NCBI GenBank assembly: GCA_023242925.1
Contig: CP096134.1
Coordinates: forward strand, 1,201,944 to 1,265,943
DNA: 64,000 bases
Direction: 5' to 3'
Source: Hyphomonadaceae bacterium JAD_PAG50586_4
Lineage (GTDB): Bacteria > Pseudomonadota > Alphaproteobacteria > Caulobacterales > Aquidulcibacteraceae
Shown here: piece after piece, positions 51,912 to 60,745 of the stretch
Position numbering within the stretch: position 1 is the first letter of the stretch
How the letters are laid out: each line of letters opens with the position of its first letter
Position numbers and translations under genes: made by a program
Notes under the pieces: model-generated
What the model saw: the letters and a program-made list of their open reading frames with translations, nothing else
The model's database searches: none
Told to the model about the DNA's origin: nothing

Positions 51912-53509
51912 ATGGCGGATGTCTTCATTTCCTACGCGAGCGAAGACCGCAATCGGGTCCGCCCGCTTGCTGAAGCGCTGCAAGCGCGCGGCTTCAATGT
52001 GTGGTGGGATCGTTCGCTGGCCGCGGGCCAGGACTACACGGCCGTTATCGAAAAAGAATTGAAGGGCTCAAAGGCCGTCATCGTCGTTTGGACGCAATCG
52101 TCCTCGGCCTCGACCTTCGTGCGCGACGAAGCGGGCCGCGCGCGGGACGAAGGCCGCCTCGTGCCGGTGCTGCTCGACCAAGTTCAATTGCCGTTGGGCT
52201 TCGGCGCCTTCCAAGCAGAAGATTTCACGCGCTGGAATGGCGGCGCCAACGCCCCGCAAATGCAGCTCTTGGAAGAAGTGCTGAAAGCAAAGCTTTCGGG
52301 CCGTGACGTCGATGGCAGCGCGATCGAACGTCGCCGTCGCAAACTCGGCGCGCGCATTCGCCTCGTCTCTGTACTGACGGTGATCGCGCTTGTGGTCGGC
52401 ATTGCTGTTGGCGGACGTTACCTGATCAACCCGCCAGAACCGGAAGTCACCCAAGCCGATCTTCGCGCGGAATTGCTGCGCTTGTTGGCTGAGGGCCAAC
52501 TCACGCCCGAGCAGGCCATCCAGCTTGCGCAAATTCTCGAAGCTGGCGCGCTGGGCGAAACGCAAAGCGCGTCGCTGAGTGAGGATCTCCGGCGTCCGCA
52601 CCGTCAGCCGAAGGCCGCACCGCGGACGGCGAAGTGCAACTCGCCTCGGTCTCGGAAGCCGAGTTCGACGCCACCGCGCGCGACACGTATCGCCAAGCCT
52701 TCCTCGCTGTCGCTCAGCATCCTGACGCGCAAGTGCGCTTGGCCGCCGCGCAGATGTCGCAACCGCAAACGCAAGCTGCGGCGATGCAGACGCTGTGGAA
52801 TTTCGCGCAGAACAATCCTGATGATCCGCTGCGTGATGAAATCTTCTTGCTCTGTGGTTCGGTCGGTGAAGCTAACAACAATCCGCTCGGCCAACGCGCG
52901 CTAGAAATCGCCACCAACCTTAACCCCCGCAATGCGCAGGTCTGGCGCATGCTGTCGCGCTCTTACGGTCGCGCCAACCGCGCCGGAGAGGCGACGGCGG
53001 CCGCGCAAGTTTCGGAAGCTGTGGTCGCGCAAGACGAAGGCCGCACGGCTGAAGCCGAACAGCAGCTTCAAGGCGCCGCCCAAAATCTCGAAGCGCCCGC
53101 TGTGCGCGCGCAGGTGGTTTCGGAACTGGGCCAGATCGCTGAGCAACGCGGCGATTGGACCTCGGCCAGCGCGCGCTTTGCACAAGCCTACACCTTGCGC
53201 GAACAAGTGGCCGACGCCGCGCCCGAGAATGCGCCAGCGCAGCAAGTCATTCAAGCGGACGCCCAGCAGCTTGTCATCGCGCTCGATCGCTCGGGCCGGA
53301 CGCGTGAAGCCTGTGAACGTCTGCGTCAAGCGCAGCAGCAGCACGATGTCGCCGCGCCCGATCAGGAAATCCTCGATCGCTGCCAAGCGGAATTCCGCAC
53401 GCAGCTCAGGTCGGACGTGCAATTGGCGCCAACGCTGCGCGTGCGCCCCGAAGTGATCCAGCGCCAACGCGGTATTACCCCGACGCCGACGCCAGCCCCA
53501 ACGCCGTAA
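51912..53509 (+). CDS. TIR (TIR_2) domain, single TM, TPR-like protein; frameshift near 52584
   Basis: DVFISYASEDR, VWWD, VIVVWTQSS and catalytic-position Glu in VRDEA; TM LVSVLTVIALVVGIAVGG; TPR-like ALEIATNLNPRNAQVWRMLSRSY and LGQIAEQRGDWTSASARFAQA. Confidence 0.85.
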
Positions 53510-53514
53510 CGACA

Positions 53515-53535
53515 GCTCCCCCGCAGGCGGGGAGC
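53515..53535. terminator. Hairpin between the convergent TIR gene and rsmD
   Basis: GCTCCCC-CGCAGGC-GGGGAGC. Confidence 0.55.
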
Positions 53536-53537
53536 AT

Positions 53538-54098
53538 TTAGGCGCGTTTCAAGAACAGCACTTTCGCGGCGCCATAGTCGCGCTCATCCAGTGTTTGGTA
53601 GCCCGGCAACACCGGGGCTTCATCTGAGGCGCATTCAAACACGATCAACGCATCGGCGCTGAGCCAACCTCCATTGCCGAGCTTGACCAAAGTCCGCTCG
53701 CCCAATCCCTTGTGGTAGGGTGGGTCAAGGAAAACGAGATCGAACGGCTCGCCGAGGCCCGCGGGCTTTGAGCCGAGATCGGTGGCGTCGCGGCGATGGA
53801 TGCGCGTGTTGCCGAAGAGGCCGAGCGCTTCGATATTGTCCCGGATCGCGCCGCGCGCGCTGGCTTCGGTTTCCACGAACAGGGCGAAACTCGCCCCGCG
53901 CGACACCGCCTCCAGCCCCAGCGCGCCCGAGCCCGCAAACAGGTCGAGCACCCGCCGGCCCTCAAGCCCCGGCGACCATTCGGCGTGCGCCAGGATGTTG
54001 AAAACCGCTTCGCGCGCGCGGTCGCCGGTCGGGCGGGTGTCACGCCCGCCGGGTGCGGCGATGGCGCGGCCTTTGAATTGTCCCCCAACGATACGCAT
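53538..54098 (-). CDS. rsmD: 16S rRNA m2G966 methyltransferase
   Basis: MRIVGGQFKGR, RPTGDRAREAVFN, LDLFAGSGALGLEAVSRGA and FLDPPY. Confidence 0.96.
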   Translation of the reverse strand: MRIVGGQFKGRAIAAPGGRDTRPTGDRAREAVFNILAHAEWSPGLEGRRVLDLFAGSGALGLEAVSRGASFALFVETEASARGAIRDNIEALGLFGNTRIHRRDATDLGSKPAGLGEPFDLVFLDPPYHKGLGERTLVKLGNGGWLSADALIVFECASDEAPVLPGYQTLDERDYGAAKVLFLKRA

Positions 54099-54234
54099 TC
54101 TGTTCCCTACCAAAGCCGGCGGCGAACGCCATATGTCGCGCCATGCGGCCGTCGCCAAGCGCTTGACGCACGCGGCAGGCTTCGTGAACAAGGGCGGCCC
54201 CCGGGTTCGGGGCCATATTGGGAGTGACGCTGCC

Positions 54235-54903
54235 TTGCCTCTAGACGCATCCGACATCGCAGCTCTTATTCAAGTTATCCTGATCGACCTGGCCCTTGCC
54301 GGCGACAATGCCGTGGCCGTTGGCCTCGCGGCCGCTGCGCTTCCGCACGAACAACAACGCCGCGCAATCTTCTGGGGCGTTGTGCTGGCGCTTGTGCTGC
54401 GCATCGTGTTCGCCGGCATCACCATTCAATTACTCGCCATTCCGGGCCTGCTGTTCGTCGGCGGCCTGCTGCTGTTCTGGGTGGCTTGGCGGATGTGGTC
54501 CGACCTGAAGGCGCATGAGCCGGTGATGGTGGGCGATCCTGTGGCCGGCGAGCATGTCGCCGAGGCCATGGCGTCTGGCGGCAAGACGCCCAAGACTTTT
54601 GGCAGTGCGCTGCTCACGATCATCATCGCCGACGTTTCGATGTCGCTCGACAACGTGCTCGCCGTGGCGGCCGTGTCGAAGCACAGCCCTTACATCATGG
54701 CGTTCGGTCTGATCTTGTCGGTGGTGCTGATGGGCCTTGCCGCGTCAGTGATCGCGCGCATCATCAACAAGCATCGCTGGATTGCCGTGCTTGGCATCGT
54801 GATCATCATCTTCGCGGGCACGCGCATGATCTGGGAAGACGCCCACAACTTCTTCCCGGCTGCGATCCCGGCGATCCCGAGCTTCCTCGGCGGCGGTCAC
54901 TGA
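54235..54903 (+). CDS. TerC/YjbE family membrane protein
   Basis: IDLALAGDNAVAV and IIADVSMSLDNVLAVAA; TTG start after SD GGAG. Confidence 0.9.
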   Translation: MPLDASDIAALIQVILIDLALAGDNAVAVGLAAAALPHEQQRRAIFWGVVLALVLRIVFAGITIQLLAIPGLLFVGGLLLFWVAWRMWSDLKAHEPVMVGDPVAGEHVAEAMASGGKTPKTFGSALLTIIIADVSMSLDNVLAVAAVSKHSPYIMAFGLILSVVLMGLAASVIARIINKHRWIAVLGIVIIIFAGTRMIWEDAHNFFPAAIPAIPSFLGGGH

Positions 54904-55322
54904 TCGCCGAGTTTCACGCGATTGCTTTCGTGTAGCGCGCGGGTTTCCGGCGTGAGCACGGGCGCGAAAGTTTCCTCGAAATCGATCACGGGGCGGACTT
55001 CGATCTCGCTTTTGGTCGGCATCGGGTTGGGGCAGCGTTTCACCCACGCGAGCGCCTCATCCATGTCTTTGACCTCCCAAAGCCAATAACCGGCGACGAT
55101 TTCCTTGGTTTCGGTGAACGGCCCGTCGGTCACGGTGCGGCTGTCGCCATCGAACAGGACGCGCTTGCCGAACGAAGAGGGCTGCAGTCCGTCGCCGCCC
55201 TTCATAATGCCTTCGGCGATGAGCAATTCGTTGTAGCGGCCCATCGCCTCCACCAAGTCGTCCGACGGCATGGCGCCCGCTTCACTATCGAGGGTGGCTT
55301 TGACGAATACGACGACACGCAT
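54897..55322 (-). CDS. YciI family (DGPF) protein
   Basis: VTDGPFTETKEIVAGYWL and IEVRP. Confidence 0.9.
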   Translation of the reverse strand: MRVVVFVKATLDSEAGAMPSDDLVEAMGRYNELLIAEGIMKGGDGLQPSSFGKRVLFDGDSRTVTDGPFTETKEIVAGYWLWEVKDMDEALAWVKRCPNPMPTKSEIEVRPVIDFEETFAPVLTPETRALHESNRVKLGDQ

Positions 55323-55387
55323 GGCTTTCTCCGCTGCTTTGCCCAGAGGACGAACGATAAGCTGCGATCCCGACAGCGCGGCTTAAA

Positions 55388-56137
55388 CTATCCGCAGCGC
55401 CTGTGTCCTAGCTGTTCGCGCAGGACTTTGGCGGGGATTTCTTCAACTGCGCCTGGTTCCATCGTGCCCAATTGGAAAGGGCCGTAGCTCACCCGGATGA
55501 GCCGGTTCACCTTCAGTCCAATCGCGTCCAGCACGCGGCGGACTTCGCGGTTTTTGCCTTCGGTGATCGCCACGCTGATCCACGCGTTGGCGCCGGCGCC
55601 GCGTTCGAGCTTTGCGTCGATCGAGCCATAGCGCACGCCCTCAACCGTAATGCCGTCTTTGAGATGATCCAGCTCTTCCTGCGTCACGCGACCGTAGGCG
55701 CGCGCGCGATAGCGGCGCACCCAGCCGTTTGAGGGCAGCTCCAGCTTGCGCGCCAGCTCTCCGTCATTGGTGAGCAGCAGTAAGCCTTCAGAGGTGAGGT
55801 CGAGGCGGCCGACTGAGATCACCCGCGGCAGCTCCGGGGGCAGATGCTCGAAAACGGTGGGCCGGCCAGCAGGATCGCGGTGCGTGGTCACCAGGCCCGT
55901 GGGCTTATGATAGCGCCACACCCGCGTCGGCTCGGCGGCGCCAATCGGGCGGCCGTCGACCTGGACCTTGTCCTTCTCGCTCACCTTGAAGGCCGGCGTA
56001 TCCAGCACCTTGCCGTTTACCTTGACACGACCGTCCGCGATCAGCCGTTCGGCGTCGCGGCGCGAGCAGACGCCCGCGCGCGCCAAGAATTTGGCAATGC
56101 GCTCGCCGTCGCTAAATGGTTCTGAGGAGGTCGCCAT
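55388..56137 (-). CDS. rluB: S4-domain rRNA pseudouridine synthase (RsuA/RluB family)
   Basis: ERIAKFLARAGVCSRR, YHKPTG, VGRLDLTSEGLLLLTNDG and EGKNREVRR. The exact ortholog (rluB versus relatives) is uncertain. Confidence 0.85.
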   Translation of the reverse strand: MATSSEPFSDGERIAKFLARAGVCSRRDAERLIADGRVKVNGKVLDTPAFKVSEKDKVQVDGRPIGAAEPTRVWRYHKPTGLVTTHRDPAGRPTVFEHLPPELPRVISVGRLDLTSEGLLLLTNDGELARKLELPSNGWVRRYRARAYGRVTQEELDHLKDGITVEGVRYGSIDAKLERGAGANAWISVAITEGKNREVRRVLDAIGLKVNRLIRVSYGPFQLGTMEPGAVEEIPAKVLREQLGHRRCG

Positions 56138-56456
56138 GTTCGCTGTGATCTATCGTTGGCGCGTCGTACCAGGGCTTGAGGCGCAATTCGAGGCCGGCTG
56201 GAGGGCGGGCGCCGAACGCATTGCAGCCGAGTTCGGCGGTTGGGGCTCGCGTCTGCACGCGGCGGGCGAAGGCGTGTATATCGCCTACGCCCAATGGCCC
56301 GACGAGACGACCTGGAAAAAGGCGATGGAAACCCGCATGGAGCACTCCGACACCGAGGCGCGCCGGATGTATCGCGAAGCGATTGTGGAGGGTTCGTTCG
56401 AGACCTTGGCGTCGGGGCCGGTGGTGTCCGATGTGCTGGATTTGCGCCGGGCATGA
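56136..56456 (+). CDS. ABM (antibiotic biosynthesis monooxygenase-like) ferredoxin-fold protein
   Basis: MFAVIYRWRVVPG, GSRLH and YAQWPD; strong SD GAGGAGG. Confidence 0.75.
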   Translation: MFAVIYRWRVVPGLEAQFEAGWRAGAERIAAEFGGWGSRLHAAGEGVYIAYAQWPDETTWKKAMETRMEHSDTEARRMYREAIVEGSFETLASGPVVSDVLDLRRA

Positions 56457-56905
56457 GCGACGAGGCGCATATGGCGCGCGCCCTGGCGCTGGCGGCGGCG
56501 GCGGCGGCGGCGGGCGAGGCGCCGATCGGCTGCGTGATCGTGGATGGCGCGGGCGAGGTGATCGCCGAGGGCGCCAACGCGCCGATCGCGCTCCATGACC
56601 CCACGGCCCATGCCGAAATCATCGCGCTCCGCCAGGCAGCCGCAGCGCTGGAGAATTACCGGCTGAAGCCCGGCTTGACCCTCTATGTTACGCTCGAGCC
56701 CTGCGCGATGTGCGCTGGGGCGATCTCGAACGCCCGGATCAACCGGCTCGTCTATGGCGCCTTCGACCCCAAGGGCGGCGGCGTGGCGCATGGGGCCAAG
56801 GTGTTCGACCAGCCCACCTGCCATTGGAAGCCTGCCATCACCGCCGGCATAGAGGCCGAGGCCGGGGCCAAGCTCTTGAAGGAATTCTTCAAAGCCCGCC
56901 GCTGA
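56453..56905 (+). CDS. tadA: tRNA adenosine(34) deaminase
   Basis: GEAPIG, DPTAHAE and TLYVTLEPCAMCAGA; ATGA overlap with the ABM gene. Confidence 0.93.
   Translation: MSDEAHMARALALAAAAAAAGEAPIGCVIVDGAGEVIAEGANAPIALHDPTAHAEIIALRQAAAALENYRLKPGLTLYVTLEPCAMCAGAISNARINRLVYGAFDPKGGGVAHGAKVFDQPTCHWKPAITAGIEAEAGAKLLKEFFKARR
56492..56512 (+). repeat. (GCG)7 in-frame trinucleotide run in tadA
   Basis: Encodes the AAAAAAA stretch. Confidence 0.8.
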
Positions 56906-56926
56906 GGCGAGGGGGATTGTGCTTTG

Positions 56927-56938
56927 TGCGTTGCAGCA
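56927..56938 (+). promoter_or_regulatory. PhaR-box-like site upstream of the MaoC dehydratase
   Basis: TGCGTTGCAGCA fits the TGCRNYGCASMA consensus I recall for rhizobial PhaR; it lies 15 nt before the ATG. Confidence 0.5.
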
Positions 56939-56953
56939 TAAGCTCCCCGCCCG

Positions 56954-57409
56954 ATGACCCTGGCCGTTACCCAATCGCTCTATTTCGAAGACCTCAGCGT
57001 CGGCATGCGCGAGGATTATTCCAAGCACGTCCGCGCCTCGGACGTGGTGGGCTTTGCCGAGCTTTCGGGCGATCGCAATCCGATCCATCTCTCCGAGCAC
57101 TTCGCCGCCAAGACGCCGTTCGGCGGGCGGATCGCGCACGGGCTTTATACCGCCAGCCTGATCTCCGCGGTCATTGGCACACGTATGCCGGGGCCGGGTG
57201 CGATCTACATTTCGCAGACGTTGCGTTTTCTCGCGCCAGTGAAGATCGGCGACACGGTGATTGCGAGCGTCGAGATCGTTGAGCTGGTCGAGAAGGGCCG
57301 CCGGGCCAAATTGCGTTGCGAATGCCGCGTGGGCGATACGCTGGTGCTTGAAGGCGAAGCCGAAGTGAAGATCCCGGCGCGGCCAGCGGTGGAACAGCTG
57401 AGCGCTTAG
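56954..57409 (+). CDS. MaoC family (R)-specific enoyl-CoA hydratase (PhaJ/CroR-like)
   Basis: FAELSGDRNPIH, RIAHG, PGPGAIY and FLAPVKIGD. Confidence 0.88.
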   Translation: MTLAVTQSLYFEDLSVGMREDYSKHVRASDVVGFAELSGDRNPIHLSEHFAAKTPFGGRIAHGLYTASLISAVIGTRMPGPGAIYISQTLRFLAPVKIGDTVIASVEIVELVEKGRRAKLRCECRVGDTLVLEGEAEVKIPARPAVEQLSA

Positions 57410-58317
57410 GCGAAGATCGCGCGCGCCTTCGCGGCGTCATCCGCCATTTGTGTCTTGAGCGCCTCGATATCGGCGAAGTGCGCTTCGTCGCGCAGGAAGG
57501 TGATCATCTCGACTTCGATGGTTTTGCCGTAGAGCTCCGCATCGAAATCGAACACGTGCGCCTCGAGTAATGGCGCCGGCAGCGCGCCGACTGTTGGGTT
57601 GACGCCGACACTCGCGACGCCCGGCAGCGATGCGCCGTCCATGATCACACGCACCGCATAGATGCCCAGACGCGGGCGTGCGTACTCGCCCAGCGGCACA
57701 TTCGCTGTGGCAAAGCCAAAGCCACGCCCACGTTGGAAGCCGCGTTGCACCATTCCTTCGATCGCCCACGGGCGCGAAAGGATCGATGCTGCCTTGCTCA
57801 TGTCGCCTGCAGCGAGTGCGGCACGCACGGCCGTGGACGAATAGCGCGCGCCGCCGCCCTTTACAGCTTCGACAGCCTCAACGCTAAAGCCATAGCGCTC
57901 GCCAAGCGAACGCAGTCGCGCCGCGTCGCCCATGCGCCCTCGGCCGAAGCGGTAATCCACGCCAACGCTGACATGGCTGACGCCGAGCCGATCATGCAGC
58001 AGCTCGCGCGCGAACTCTTCGTCGCTCCGCTTCGCCAAGCCTGCGTTAAAGCCAATCTCAAACAAATCCTTTACGCCAAGCGCTGCGAGCGCCCGCTCGC
58101 GTTGTGACTCTGTTTGTAAACGAAAGGGCGGCGCGTCCGGTTGGAAGAAGCGGCGCGGATGCGGGCGGAAGAGTGCGACGCCCAGATGCGCGCTGTGCGC
58201 CCGCGCCGATGCGATCACCGCTTGATGGCCGCGATGCACGCCGTCGAAATTGCCGAGCGCGATGGCTGCGCTGCGTGCGTCTGCGGGAATGGAGTCCAAA
58301 GGGGCGTGGCGGCGCAT
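57406..58317 (-). CDS. ribF: Bifunctional riboflavin kinase/FAD synthetase
   Basis: GNFDGVHRGHQ, YSSTAVR, GFATAN, GVASVGVNPT and EAHVFDF. Confidence 0.96.
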   Translation of the reverse strand: MRRHAPLDSIPADARSAAIALGNFDGVHRGHQAVIASARAHSAHLGVALFRPHPRRFFQPDAPPFRLQTESQRERALAALGVKDLFEIGFNAGLAKRSDEEFARELLHDRLGVSHVSVGVDYRFGRGRMGDAARLRSLGERYGFSVEAVEAVKGGGARYSSTAVRAALAAGDMSKAASILSRPWAIEGMVQRGFQRGRGFGFATANVPLGEYARPRLGIYAVRVIMDGASLPGVASVGVNPTVGALPAPLLEAHVFDFDAELYGKTIEVEMITFLRDEAHFADIEALKTQMADDAAKARAIFA

Positions 58318-58415
58318 TTAGTTCACAAAGTCTTGCGTTCGCGACCAGATGCAGCGGCTTGCGTTTCCAAAGTGTTGCTTCCTTCGTCGCGAAAAGCGCG
58401 CGCGTTCATTCATAC

Positions 58416-58431
58416 TTAAGCGCTGTTTTAC
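58416..58431 (+). promoter_or_regulatory. CtrA-like box upstream of the cheY-like gene
   Basis: TTAA-GCGCTGT-TTTAC, one mismatch to TTAA-N7-TTAAC. Confidence 0.5.
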
Positions 58432-58573
58432 CGAAAATTTTCGGCTCTTTGCTATCTATCATTTCACTACGGCGCAAAAAACGCCGGGACGCTCCGCCGC
58501 CGGGTCATCGCACCCTGAGCCGGCGGCGGGCGCGACCCCGGACAAAACAGGAGCGCCGAAGAGGGGTATGAAT

Positions 58574-58954
58574 ATGTCCGTGTCGATGACCGCGCCAATT
58601 CTGATCGTGGATGATTACAACACCATGATCCGCATCATGCGCAATTTGCTGCGTCAATTGGGTTTCACCAATATCGACGAAGCTTCGGACGGCCGCACTG
58701 CTCTCACCAAGATGAGCCAGAAGAATTACGCGCTGGTGATCTCCGATTCCACGATGGCGCCGATGACGGGCATGGAGCTATTGCAACGCGTGCGCGCTGA
58801 CGAGCGCACCAAGCAAACCCCGTTCGTGATGGTCGCAAACGATTCCAGCGAAGGCTCGGAAGCCGAGCGCCGCACCGCCTCAGGCTACATCCTGAAGCCG
58901 TTCAACGCGCAATCGCTGAAGACCAAGCTCGTGCCGGTGTTCGGCGCGTTCTAA
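58574..58954 (+). CDS. Single-domain CheY-like response regulator, atypical
   Basis: ILIVDD, LVISD, PMTG and KPF are present, but VTAE is replaced by VAND. Confidence 0.85.
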   Translation: MSVSMTAPILIVDDYNTMIRIMRNLLRQLGFTNIDEASDGRTALTKMSQKNYALVISDSTMAPMTGMELLQRVRADERTKQTPFVMVANDSSEGSEAERRTASGYILKPFNAQSLKTKLVPVFGAF

Positions 58955-59721
58955 ATCGCGGTCTGGCCGCCATCCAAAACATAAGTCTGCCCTGTCGCGA
59001 ACGACCCTGCGGGTGACGCGAGCAGCACGGCCATGCCGGCGATGTCGTCGGGCTCGCCGATGCGCTTGAGCGCTGAGCGGCCAGTCCATTCCTTCAAAAT
59101 CTCGGGGTTCTCCCAAAGCGCCTTGGCGAAGTCGGTCTTCACCAGACCCGGCGCGATGGTGTTCACCCGCACATTGTCGCCGCCGAATTCGGCCGCGAGA
59201 TTGCGTGCGAGCTGCATGTCTGCGGCCTTCGAGATGTCGTAGGCGCCGATCACCGGCGAGCCCTTGAGGCCGCCGATCGATGAAATGATGATCACCGAGC
59301 CATCCTTGCGTGCGCGCATCTGGGGCGCACACATCTGGATCAGCCAATGGTTCGAGATGATGTTGTTTTGCAGCACCTTGGTGAATTGTTCATCGGTGAT
59401 TCCCGCCATCGGCCCGAAATAGGGATTGGAGGCCGCGTTGCAGACAACGATGTCGATCTTGCCAAACGCCTTGTTGGTCTCGTCGACAAGGTTCTGCAGC
59501 GCCTCTTTCACGGCGATATTGGCGGCGACCGCGATGGCGGCGGTGCGGCCGACCAGTTTGTTGATCTCGTCGGCGGCTTCCTGGCAGGCGTCGAGCTTGC
59601 GGGAGGACACGACCACGTTGGCGCCATGCTCGGCCAGGCGATGGGCGATGGCTTTGCCGATGCCGCGCGATGAGCCGGTAATGATCGCGGTCTTGCCGGT
59701 CAGATCGAACAAATTGGCCAC
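58951..59721 (-). CDS. SDR family oxidoreductase (DHRS4-like)
   Basis: TGSSRGIG, NAASNPYFG, YDISK and VNTIAPG. Confidence 0.9.
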   Translation of the reverse strand: MANLFDLTGKTAIITGSSRGIGKAIAHRLAEHGANVVVSSRKLDACQEAADEINKLVGRTAAIAVAANIAVKEALQNLVDETNKAFGKIDIVVCNAASNPYFGPMAGITDEQFTKVLQNNIISNHWLIQMCAPQMRARKDGSVIIISSIGGLKGSPVIGAYDISKAADMQLARNLAAEFGGDNVRVNTIAPGLVKTDFAKALWENPEILKEWTGRSALKRIGEPDDIAGMAVLLASPAGSFATGQTYVLDGGQTAI

Positions 59722-59800
59722 GCGCTTACTCCCTGTTATGTGGGCGCTATCCTAGGCGCTGGCCCTGCGGCCGGTCTAGGCTGACGTTGGAGGAGGCCGC

Positions 59801-60745
59801 ATGGCGAAGGGCTGGATTTGGAGCGCGAGCGCGCTGGTGGTGCTGGCGCTGGCTGCGTGTGAACGGACGCCACCTGATCCGCTGGCCGAGGTGCGCGGCG
59901 TCTGCGCCGACGATAGCGCTGAAGCCCAAGCGCGGATCGAAGCGTGCGGCGCGCTGATCAATTCCGGTTCACTCGAAGACGCCGAGCGCGGCTTGGCCCT
60001 GTCGCGTCGTGGTGAGGCGACGCTAGAGGCCGGCGATGTCACCGACGCGCTGCGCGACTACAACGCCGCCCTCGCCATTGATGAAGCCAACGTGCTGGCG
60101 CTCAAAGGCCGCGCTTCGATCATGATCGCGTCCGGCCAATTGGACGCCGCCGAGCCGCTGGTGCAACGCCTGCTCACGAGCGGCGAATACGCAGCCGACG
60201 CGCATTTCTTCGTGGGCGAGATCGCCCGCTTGCGCGGCGATGCCGAAGCGGCGCGGGCAGCCTATGACGCGGCGATTGCCGCCGACCGCCGCTATGCACC
60301 GGCGCTCACAAGCCGCGGCCTCATCAAACAAAATGCGCTCGACTACGCGGGCGCGATCGAAGATTACAACGCGGCCCTTAACGCCAATCCGCAGCTGACA
60401 AGCGCGATGTCCGCGCGCTGCTGGGCCAATGTGCTGATGCGCGACGGCAATCTCGGCCGCGCGCGCTCTGACGCGGACGCAGCGGTTGAAGCCGAGCCGC
60501 GCAACGTGCAAGCGCAGCTCTGCCGCGGCCTGCTGCAATTGCGCGCCGGCGAATGGGAAGCGGCGCAAGCGTCCTACGACGCTGTGCTTGAGGTCGAGCC
60601 CGGCAATCCAAATGCGCTCTTCGGCCGTGGCGTCGCGCGCCGACGCGGCGGCGACAATGAAGGCCGCGACGACATGAACCGCGCCCGCGATTTCGAACCC
60701 CACATCGCCAGCGCGTTCGAAGATTTGGGCGTGCGGACGTATTAG
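59801..60745 (+). CDS. TPR-repeat lipoprotein
   Basis: Lipobox LAAC; repeated A..RG...A..DY.AAL...P TPR units; SD GGAGG. Confidence 0.85.
   Translation: MAKGWIWSASALVVLALAACERTPPDPLAEVRGVCADDSAEAQARIEACGALINSGSLEDAERGLALSRRGEATLEAGDVTDALRDYNAALAIDEANVLALKGRASIMIASGQLDAAEPLVQRLLTSGEYAADAHFFVGEIARLRGDAEAARAAYDAAIAADRRYAPALTSRGLIKQNALDYAGAIEDYNAALNANPQLTSAMSARCWANVLMRDGNLGRARSDADAAVEAEPRNVQAQLCRGLLQLRAGEWEAAQASYDAVLEVEPGNPNALFGRGVARRRGGDNEGRDDMNRARDFEPHIASAFEDLGVRTY

Noticed and set aside
56492-56512. (GCG)7 run in tadA as a phase-variation switch
   Set aside because: It is an in-frame trinucleotide run encoding an Ala-rich helix typical of this part of TadA, so slippage would not switch expression.
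56954-57409. Mesaconyl-CoA hydratase (mch) assignment
   Set aside because: Mch is a double hot-dog protein of roughly twice this length; this is a single MaoC domain.
58574-58954. Cle-type c-di-GMP-binding CheY
   Set aside because: No arginine-rich C-terminal insertion is present.
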